Origin: Folioceros fuciformis
Lineage: Eukaryota
DNA length: 28,038 nucleotides
Assembly (NCBI GenBank): GCA_049999805.1
Contig: JBNGIO010006231.1
Coordinates: forward strand, 160,413-188,450
Reading direction: 5' to 3'
Under the pieces are notes generated by a model. The model was not told the origin of the DNA, did not search any database, and was given only the letters and a program-made list of their open reading frames with translations. Every line of letters begins with the position of its first letter. The first letter of the stretch is position 1. The position numbers and the translations under genes were made by a program. Below, one piece after another: positions 14,255 through 24,323 of this stretch.

Positions 14255-15318
14255 CTGCAAGCCAATCAAGTATGATGTTGAGTAAACATTAAATTACAAC
14301 CTAGACCAAACGTGTAACCCTGTTCCTAAAGAGGAAATCCCGATTCAGTCAGAAGCAGCCCACAAAAACTGACAATCAACTATTGTGCCTGCGGACGCAA
14401 AACTGAGCTGTTCTTGGAGTTCAGTCTCTCAGACCGCCGTTGCGAAAACAAAGGTACTCAGAAAGAAGCTACCATAGGACTCTTCCAAGACATTCATAAT
14501 TCGACTTTACACTGCGAAGTCATCCTCATGTCAAGTACTGGCGAGTGAGGGAAGTCTCCACTGCAGGGATGGTTAGCTGAATTCCCCCACAGCCAGATAA
14601 AATTGGAACCCAGGGACACCAACAACCGCCAGCTGGCCGCGACTCACATTCAGCATCCATTGAACTTGCAAACAAATGTTTCCACCGAAGATCGTCGCTC
14701 ACACTAATCACACACACACGCGCAACCCGCACACCCAAGCAAAAATAGAAGAAAGTTGAACTGAGTGGGCAGGGAAGCGGGGGGCATCACAGGCAGAGCG
14801 TGAGGACAAGGAGCGGCTCTGCTCGAAGCGGTGCACCAGCGGGACGTGAATGCCAAGGCGAGCCCCAAGCCGGGCCTTTGGTACGGCGAGATGACAGGGA
14901 CCATCCTCAACAAATAAAGACCCAAGATGAAAGCACCAAATCACGCACCAGCCAGCAGATCCTGCAACGCAAGCCGAACGGAATAGGAGAGTGATGAACT
15001 CGTCGAGAGCGGATAGCGAACTACTCGGCGCAGCGACATAGAACGGCACCCCAGCTCAAGGGAGTTACGATATGAAATAGTCGTCTTTCAGGTTAAGAGA
15101 TAACTTCGTACGGTAGGGTAATGCAAGTGCCAATAGGAAGTCGCAATGAGAAAAGTTAAATTCATCACAAGGCTAATCGGAAAAACAAGGCTGGCCTCTG
15201 CAGATGATAAACAATTGTGGCCACAAACCGAATAACACGGCAACACCCTTTGAACATTCCCGAAGGTGAGGCAGTGATCTCCACTGCACTGTTTTGTACA
15301 GACCGGGCCACTGCGAGA

Positions 15319-16067
15319 TCACCTAAAGAACTTTGTCCACAGGTATACACAGAAGAAACAAAGCAAAACAAAGAGAACGACATGAGTGACGGTGTTCGAC
15401 CCATTGGCGGCCAGACTTCGGTTTAGTCTTCTCAGAGTATTTGTGAGTCCAGCTTGAGCCTTCCCCATGGTTGTCTCCTGCAAAACGGGGTGTCAACCAG
15501 AAGAGAAGGGAAGGATGCCAGTTCGCACCAGCTTAATACGTTCAGCTTCAGTCCGACTTACCAGTTGAGAGAGCAAGTCGTTTTGAAATCTGGTCTCTGA
15601 CTCGATCTCCTGGGCAACCTGTGGCACGGAACACCTCCAATATTATGCCACCTTGCTCATTGGTTCTGGAGACACAAACCCGTTAAGGGACACATACCCC
15701 TTTGAGGACAGCCACCTGGCTCCGGAGACCATCCACCTCTTCGTCAAAATCTGCAATTGGATCCACACGTAGTTGAACTTCGTGACTGGACCTGTTGCTG
15801 AGTCCATCCCTGTACAGCAGCATTCAAACAAACAGCCAACTCTTACCATCTCACGAAGTACTGCATCAGCATCTGCGAAAGAGAAATGACACCGGCTGAA
15901 GAAAAACGTGAACGCATTCAAAAGAAAAACCTAACAGCACACGAATGCAGCGCCTCAGGATGATGGCGAGAGTCATTATCACTAATTAAGACAGGCGCAC
16001 GCACTTACCCACGCGGAGCAGTCAGGGACTGGTATTCCCAAGCTCCTTTTACTCGTTTCCCCATCAT
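15319..16067 (-). CDS. SFT1: Bet1/SFT1-like Qc-SNARE, tail-anchored, 128 aa, 4 exons
   Basis: Exons 16067-16009, 15809-15698, 15618-15562 and 15477-15319 (GT-AG, phases consistent). Protein: MMGKRVKGAWEYQSLTAPRGDGLSNRSSHEVQLRVDPIADFDEEVDGLRSQVAVLKGVAQEIESETRFQNDLLSQLETTMGKAQAGLTNTLRRLNRSLAANGSNTVTHVVLFVLLCFFCVYLWTKFFR. It closely follows plant SFT11/SFT12-type Bet1-like proteins (GLS.R, QLR.DP, AQEI.SE..FQ, AQAG, C-terminal TM). First exon is less certain. Confidence 0.9.
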
Positions 16068-16785
16068 CGAAGTCGAAACTGGATGCCGATTGCCCTACCA
16101 CGGATCAGAGCAAAAGCTTGGAGTGCCACCTGATGCAATCCTGGTCATGCCGATGCCAACGCCAACGCCAACGCCAATTCCAATTCCTGTTCCTTTTCCA
16201 AATTGCTCTCCCCAGTCAGGTCGCTATCACGTTCTTCAGAAAAATCCACACCCGGACTCAGCTCATCACACTCGCGCTGCTTGCCCATGAACGGCTCGTC
16301 CCATCCACAGAGGACCTACACACCAGGGTGGGGAAGGTCTCGGAGACACAGAAGAGCCTGTAGTTTTGCATAAAAGGCTTCAAAAGTACTGGTTAAGTGT
16401 CCGGTGGGGCCGACTTGTGAGCACAGGGCTTCTTTACAGTCGAAACTGGAAACGCGGGAACACTACGTTTGTATGTTGGCAGTGCGGGAGAGGAGGGAAA
16501 GGAAATTGGGAAGCCTGCGACTCTGTCGAATTCATGCAGGCACTGAACGTGAATTCGGTCGGGCGAGTAACACGTTGTGGGCCTTTCTGCCAGCGGAAGT
16601 TGCCTTCGTGCTGGAGAAATTTGAATGCCAACTTGCTCGCAGGGAAGGAGGATCTGGAGGTGTGGCAGGCGGCGAAAGCACGGGGATCTGAGCATTTGTT
16701 ATGGAGAATGCATGCATTTGATGCTGTGGATCGCGTCTCATTGACACCATTGGTGAACGGTGGAAGGAGGGGCGTGGGAGAGCTC

Positions 16786-19608
16786 ATGTCGCCGCTCGAG
16801 GTTGTTTGCCTCTCGGACTCGGACCCCGAGGACCCTCCTGTAGCGGTTGTGCATCTGGAGTCGGACCAGGAGTCGGAGGAGTCGTTGAAGGTCGTGGGGG
16901 AGACAATTGGTGTGAAGCCCTTGGCCCCGTGTAGTCGGGCTTTGCACGACTACAATGCGGCTGCGGAGAAGGAGGTGAGGAGTATTGTGGACTTCTTCAA
17001 GAAGAGGAAACCTTTTCATGGGGCGAGGTTGGCGGAGAAGAAGGTGGGAGGAAGGGGTTTGGTGCTTGGGGATGAGAACGATGCGCCTCGGGGGGCGGTG
17101 GTGCAGCGTGAGGGGATGGGAGCAGCCAGGTCTCGGGTGGGTGAGAAGGAGGCCGATCTTGACTGGCTCGAGCCATTTGGTGCCCCCAGCAAGGCTTGTG
17201 AGATTGGGTCAAGTGAGAATCGGGATGGGCAGAAGCAGACAGACGTGTGCAACAGCGAGGGCCGGGATTCAGCTGTCTTTCCGGAATGGGATGAGATAGG
17301 TGATGAGAATGTTGACATGAATAGGTCATCATCACAAGCACCGGAAGCTGGTCGAGGGAAGAGGTTGAAGAGGACTGAGAAGGCAGGAAGTGGGGCTCTA
17401 ACGCGAGAGGAAAGAGCGCGGAATCAATCTGAAAAGCAAGCGCAGAAGGAGGCAGAGAAGCAGAGAAAACTGGAGGCACGAGCTGCTGAGAAATTGCGGA
17501 AGGAGGAGGAGAAGAAGGAGAGACAGGAGCTCAACAGGCAGCGGAAAGAGGTAGAGTAGTTGAGTTTTCGATTCAAGATGATGATGAAGCAGCGAATTCT
17601 TCAAGATGCACAGTCTGGGTCATTTTGAGGCTGCATCTCTGTGTACGTAGGAGGAGAAGGCTAGAAGAGAGCAGGCCAAAGCTGGAGCAGCAGAAAGAAG
17701 GAAGCTTGAGCAGGAAAAGAGCAAATGGGAGAAAGGGAGGTTTGCCATTGAGAACACTGTGGCCTTCATCGACACAAAAGTCGTGGAGAAAGGCACTATT
17801 GGAGGCAGGTGACCCTTCTTACGTCATAAGAATCTCTTTCAGTTTGTGTTCCTGTTCTTGTTTTGTGGTCCAGACGATCGGCTGCACGCTTGGAAGTCTT
17901 GAGATGATTCACCTTGTGCGTTTGGGCAGGCCCACTGCTTACTCGTCTGAGTGAGAAAAGCTTGAAGTACCACATAGTTGCAAACCCTATCAGCAGGACG
18001 ATCCTCTGGATCACAAAAAGGCCATCTGCTGATATAGAAGGGAATGTACCTGACGAGGACGAGCCTGAAGGAAGCAGCCAGAGAGATCCCTGCAGAGACT
18101 CTCAGGTAGTACTAGCTTAAAGTCTCCATCTTATTTATAAGCTCAATCATGCTTGCTCTGGTTGCATCCGATATAGTGGTTTTTTGTGGAAGGTTTAGGT
18201 GTTTCAGCCGAAAATGAGAAGTAGTGCAACGAGAAGTCAAAGAGCTGAACAGGATTGTTTGCCCTACCATGTTACAGCTGCAATTAGAGGATGTCACCAT
18301 CCCATACGTGTTAATAGTATTAGAAGGAGAAGAGTTTTCAAGTATGGTCGAACGAAACGAGGTGCAAAAGCATGTGGACAGCCTACAAGAACATTACCCG
18401 GGTTTCACAGTCTGTTATCTGATCAACAAGCTGACGTGGTACCTCAAGCAAAGGTAAAAATATCTTGTTTATGTTGGTGAGTTGCTGCGGACGACGGGGT
18501 GTTGTGCAAATCCCTTAGCTTCGCGGATCCCTCTAGAAATGAGATCTGGGCTGCTTCTGGCTGGACTTTGATGGATTTCTTTTGCTAGCAGGGATCAAGC
18601 TCAGTATAAGCAATCCATCTCAAGCTGGGTTCGACCTCCTGTTGAACAGGTTACCTGTTGCCCGGCCTACGTTAGTTTTAGTGTGGTTTCTTTAGTGAAT
18701 GTCCATCTGATGTCCGTTAATGTAGACAGGCCTTAGCAGAGTTTGTGACGCACTATTCTGGCGTACACTCCCGCCTCTGCTTGGATGAAGCTGAAGTTGC
18801 AGACCACATCGTCGGTTTAATGCAGAATCTAGCAAAAACTCCTTTCAAGTATGTGTTGGATATTTGTGGACCGCCGTCTGTGCATCCGAAGGTTTCTGTG
18901 GACTTGTTGTTGAAAATAGATGGAGACTGATGTTGGTATTTCCGAATGGCTACAGACCCAAGCTGACTTATCTCTCTGTAAGTAAAAATGGCGAGCATGT
19001 TGTGAAGAACGATCCACACAAGGCTGTGATAAAAAGGAGTCCATGGTAAGTACTTGGAGATGCTGGGAATGACATTTTTCTAGTCTTGATATTATGTCAC
19101 GGAATGTGTCTTTCGATCTATGCCAGCGTATCGTCTACCTAGAGGAACCTGATGGAGGTGACGTGATGTCAGGCTGAAGGCCTTGGTAGCTCTTCCAAGG
19201 TTATCCGGAGCATGTGCAATGGCAATTGCAAAGAAATATCCGAATATGAGAGCGCTTCTGAACGCTTACCTGGACCCCAGCATGAGTGTGAGTTTCGGGC
19301 TTGTGGACTTTACTGATAGTTTTGGTTTGGTGCACCATGGTGTTAGGGGAGCTGTCGAGTGGACCTTGTGTGGGCACGTTTGGTCAGGACTCACCGTTGT
19401 TGCCTGTGGGTGATGACAATTCCAGACTCATACCAAGGAGCTTCTGCTACAAGATTTAACGAAAGAAGCACCGATAGGCGGAAATGGCAGTCGACTTAGA
19501 GTGGGACCAGCATGCTCTAGGCGAGTGTATAGAATTTTCATGGCCCAGAACGGCAAGTTGACAACGGATGATGTTGAAGAAGGAGCAGACCACTTTCAGG
19601 ACTATTGA
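16786..19608 (+). CDS. EME1: Crossover junction endonuclease subunit EME1 (MUS81 partner), about 611 aa, 9 exons
   Basis: Exons 16786-17550, 17651-17804 (GC donor), 17930-18105, 18278-18453, 18592-18649, 18730-18848, 18956-19045, 19173-19287 and 19426-19608 (TGA). Disordered N-terminus, K/E coiled coil, KWEKGRFA...IDTKVVE.GTIGG, NPISRTILW, IPYVLIVLEGEEF, YPGFTVCYLINKL, RPPVEQAL, HSRLCLDEAEVADH, WLKALVALP, AIAKKYPNMRALLNAYLDP, KELLLQDL, VGPACSRRVYR, TDDVEEGA. In-frame upstream ATGs at 16534 and 16708 are possible but less likely starts. Confidence 0.92.
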
Positions 19609-21237
19609 TAATATTGATAAAAATATGCATTTCCTCCATTGCAGAAGTAATTGTTTACAATGAACGAGCGGCTTTGAGATCGATTCATGCTCACACCTAT
19701 GTTGCTCGTTCGAGGTCCCAGCTGCTGCCACCTCAGAAGGCTTGCATGGCAGGAGGGGTGAAGCAAAGATGCGAGGTGTGGGCAGTGTGTGCAGGTGATT
19801 GAAGTGGGTCTTTGCGATCAAGTGTCGTCTGTCCTGCTCTCACACAGGACGGCCCTGGGCTTGACTCGATCACGCTGTAGCTGTCCCTGTGTGGCAGCAG
19901 TCAGGAATCTGAATGGGGGCCCCGATAGCGAGCGTGAAGGGGAGGGAAATCATACTCTGATAGACGAGATTGTCTTGAGAACCAACGTTTCGGTATGCAG
20001 CCCAAACGTGTGGACTGGTTTTAGCATGTTGGAAGAATGTAACGAGTTTAAGTTCAGTGCAGGTCTCGTAGGCAGTACACAGATTTGTACATGGCAGTGC
20101 TATCTTTTGGTCGAAGCTCGGCATCTACCGTGTGTCAGTAGGGTGTGCTGTGCATCAGCCGCTTGAGGGTGTGCAGGTCGTTGATCAAAATGTATGCTTG
20201 AAGTGGTTATGACCATGGGCCTCTTAATCATGGAAGTTGTCAACGCATTAATCGTGAGAAGGCACCTCCGGGGTCCCCGGAGCTGTGTCATGGTGTGCAG
20301 GACTGCGGCACCAATGTAGTGTTCTGCGGCTGTAATTTTCTTGCCAGCGACAGGCGATGGTGCGTGTGGGCGACAGCTGCCTACTGATCCCGGCAAGTGC
20401 AAAGCATGTCGAGCCCGGTGATGAGTGACACACGGCTCAGCGAGCGGGTCAGGTGATTTGTGCTCTGCTTATCCACACATCATGGGGCATGGTCACATGG
20501 TGCGTGTAGCTTTGCATTGTGCCCTGGTCCCCGGTGCAAGCATCAGTGAAGTTGACTAGCCAGTGTAATCCCCATCGGACCTTGGGGGGAGCTGGCTGAC
20601 AGCAGGCAGGACAAGACAGACGAGGAGACGAGTGCACAGGAGCCTGAAGAAGCCCTGATCGGGGCATGGCGAAGGAAGGTGAAGTGTTATCAGGGTTGGC
20701 AAAAGCGTGGATGAAAAAAGGGCGCGGCCATTGAAGGTGCGTACCTAGAGCGATTGAATGGCTGGTACCGATCCTGTGGGCAGTCCTGATCCGCCATTAA
20801 TGGGCTGGGAGTCGAATGAGTTGAATGACTTGACTTGATATTCCGGGAAGGAGAGCCTGAGAGGACCACGCACCGGAAGCGACGATCACAAGGAGCGCGA
20901 GAAAGGGCCGTGATTGATGAGAGAAAGGAAGAAGCGGTGGGCAACTGGCAAGAAGATCGGGGAGCGGAAAGTAGGCAGGCGGGTTTGAATGAGCTCCTTT
21001 TCCACGCATCCGTGGGCCGGAGGAGAAAGAGGCCCGCGGACGGCGACTCCTGTTGTGACGTCTCCTCTCTGATGAGTTCTCCTATTCTTGTTTGTGCGCT
21101 ACCTTGCTTGCATGTAGGTGGGTGTCCGGTGCATCCGATTCCACACATGTGCACATGCATTCATCATGGACCCCTGGAGGCCGGGGATGGATCCTCTCAC
21201 ATGCATGGATCGCTTCCCGTCCCCTTCCCCCCGTCGC

Positions 21238-21310
21238 CTCCGGGTCCGGTGCCTGGGCCTGGGCCTGGGCCTCGGCACCGGCCTCGGCCTCGGCACCGGC
21301 CCCGGCCCCT
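21238..21310. repeat. GC-rich hexamer microsatellite (CCTGGG/CCTCGG/CACCGG variants)
   Basis: gcctgggcctgggcctgggcctcggcaccggcctcggcctcggcaccggccccggcccc. Confidence 0.8.
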
Positions 21311-24298
21311 CAGATAGGTGCAGGTGCAGTGCAGGTTGTACTTGCGAGCCTGGAAGGAGACAAGGACGCAAGTGTTTGTTGTGGGCTCCAGGAGGGGAGG
21401 AGTTATGTGTCATGATCTAAGCTGGACATGGGACATGGCTGGTTTTAGTGCGGTTTGTACTTTGGGCACACGCATTTTGTAGCCGATTTAGTGGACAGCG
21501 TGGGAGGGTGGGCAGGCCAGGCCTGCTGCGGTTTTGCGAGGAGGGAAGGGGACATAGTGACGAGGAGAAGAATTGTTACATACTCTCTGTATTTTTTAAT
21601 TGTTGTTGTGGTTGTGGAAGGAGCAGGAAGATGGATGCCCTCGGCGGTTTGCAGTTGCTGCAGGGCGTTTTTGTTTGAGCAATGTGTGTTTGCGTGTGAA
21701 GGGGGAACAATCATCTCATCTGGGGAGGAAATCAGTAAACAAGTGATGATTGACGCAATGGCAGGACAAAGTCTAAGAAAGCAAAAGCCAGTCAACCGGG
21801 GAACAAACTCGCTGTCCCTGGCTTTGTGGAACTTGAGAAAAGCGCAGAGGCACTTGGAGCTTTTGGGCTGAACACACACCCACCACCACTCACTTTGTGA
21901 ATCGGATATGCTTGAAAGTTCTACACTATTCTAGTCCTCGGGGGCTTGCAGCCGCAGCAGCAGCCGTAAAAGGGAATGCATGCATGTGGCCATTGCCATG
22001 AAGATGATGATGAGGAAGAGGAGGAGGAAGAGGAAGGAGCAGGCTACGAGTGTGTGAAGGCATGGTAAAAGCAGCCATGCGACCTCGGGCGGTGGTGCTG
22101 GCCATGAATGAGGCATACGGGAAGATATAAATCGCGATAGGCCCAACTGCAGTGTACAAAACCACATGGTGTGTACCAGCATGCAGCAGGGTGGGCGTCG
22201 GGACAGGGCAACGGAAAGTGGCGATGGCCATGACGCATGACCCAAATTCATCGGCCACTCTCGTCTCCTCGCATGGGTTTGCAGCTTCGTTCCCTGCTTG
22301 CTTCCTTGCATGTGGAGGTGCGGAAGAGAAAGGGCATGATGGGAGGCTGATGATTCTTCCACAGCGGCAGGGTTGGGCCCGGACCGTCGTGACATGGGTG
22401 TGAGAATGGGTGTGCGAGAAAGAGTGCACACAAGTTGAAGAAATCCGCGTGGAGACGAGGCCGCCGAAGGGGGTGGCATGGGGTCCACTCCACAACACAC
22501 ACGAGTTCACGAGTGCGGGCTGCAGCTGGAGGTGGAGCTCGAGCGCGAGGTTGTAGGAGAGGCGGGACATGTTGAATGCTGTTGTATGCATCCCAGCTGT
22601 GCGCCAGCAACGGCAGCGTCATGAGAGATCCGTACGAGCGGCAGCGTCTTGCAAACGGAGCAGGCCGGCAGGCAGGGGAGGCCAGAAACGGGCCGCTCAC
22701 TGCCATGCTTACCACAGTTAGCTAACGGAACAAGGTGCTGTAGAGCCGGTGCGTGCGTCTGGCTGGCTGGCTGGCTGGCCTGCTGGACGCTGGGTGTGGA
22801 AATGAATGCTGGGCTTCTCCCTAACAGCCAAGAACGGGCCGCGTCATACCTCCCTGTGGGCTATGAATGAGGTCCTTTATGGGGGTGGGTGTTGGGGCGA
22901 ACAGGCTTCACACTACACGGTGCAGGTATGACCTCAGCAAAGCCAGCATCCAGCAATGAGCGTGAAGCAAAGAAAGAAAGAAAAGTGTGCAGTTGGCATC
23001 AACACAAAAGCTCATGGATTAATTAGCCCTACTTTCTCCTCCCCCTCCGTCCTGCCTCCTGCCCCCCTTCCCCCTGCCCATGCAATCTGCGGCACCAGCA
23101 GCTTGCTTTGGATGTAACGGAAACCTGTGCTGGCGCCATGAGCAACGGGAAATGCAAAAACTATGTCGTGCATGTACGAGATGATGCTTCTACTTTGTTG
23201 CAGCAGGCCAGGCCGGGCAAGGCAAGGCCCTTGAAAGGGCAGGCAAGGCAAAGCTTCTCATTACATAGATATGTTTGTGTGTAGCTCGGACTGACTGGGT
23301 CTCCCGAGCTGGCCTGTGCGAGATCATCAGCAGCATCAGCTGTTGCAGATTCTGGCAGACTTGCATGAAGTTACGGTTCGAGTGCAGTGAAGTGCTGGCA
23401 GGACAGAGGTCACAGGCGTGGTATGAGTAGGAAGTTGTGGCGCAATAATTCCATATCTGCAGTATCTAGCCCGACGCTCTGCATTCTCGGTGTGTAGCAT
23501 GGCAGCATATGGCAGGGCCAAAACGCGAAAGCACACTGCAAAGAAAAGAAAGGAGGAGGCGCTGCCTGCCATTGGATGCTCCTGCTTCTGCTGCTGCTGC
23601 AGCCTGCAGCCTGCAGCAGCAGACGCAGGAGCAAGGAAGAGAAGAGAGAGAGAGATAGGGCAAGACAGTGCAATGAACTGCCCTGCACTGGCGTGATGCC
23701 TTGAATAGGGCAGGAATATATTGATGATGATGATGGCCCAGGGAGTAATCAGCAAAGACCTCGTGGCGGGGAGACAAGAGCGGTTCGAGTCGAAGTGATG
23801 GCGCGGCGTATCATGCTCTTGTCCCTGGGGAGATGGGCTTTGATTGCAGGCCATGCCTAGGAAGGGCCCTAGGCTGGCTGAATGGCTGGAAGGAAGGCAC
23901 AAGACAAAGGCCGGCTGGTCCCATTTCCATGTCCGCCATGAATGCCCATCGCATTATCTGTTACAGTGGAATCGGGAGGTGCGCGAGGCGTGTGTGAGAG
24001 ATGTGTGCGTTTCTGGTTGTGCCCGCATGTCTCGAGAGGGCGGGGCGAGGCGAGGGCGAGAACAAGCGCAAGGAGAGTGGATGGAGTTCAGACTGAGGTC
24101 CATTCCTGTCAGGCTTTTGGGGCAGCGGCCCGCTGGCCCAGCCAAGAACGTGGCACGCCAGTACTTCCCCATCTTGACTTCTTTTTTTTCCTTGCCTTAT
24201 ACATACATACCTGCTTTGCTTTGCGTCCAAAGCAGGCTTCCATTCCATCGCTCTGCCGTCTGGCGTCTGCACCAGATTTTGCGTCGTCCTCGTCTCTC

Positions 24299-24323
24299 TT
24301 TTTTTTTTTTTTTTTTTTTTTTT
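24299..24323 (+). repeat. T25 homopolymer
   Basis: 25 consecutive T followed by CCAG. Confidence 0.95.

Noticed and set aside
16366..16785. 5' extension of the 397-aa ORF upstream of the EME1 start
   Set aside because: Begins at a non-ATG codon, lies in the divergent promoter region and has no EME1-like character. MSPLEVVCLSDSD at 16786 resembles plant EME1 starts.
22365..22395. MSRRSGPNPAAV resembling a CLE peptide motif (minus strand)
   Set aside because: Lacks the 12-aa CLE spacing and terminal H/N, is not C-terminal, and has no signal peptide.
23370..23795. GGTTCGAGT T-loop-like motifs (23375, 23782)
   Set aside because: No cloverleaf stems or A-box, so not tRNAs.
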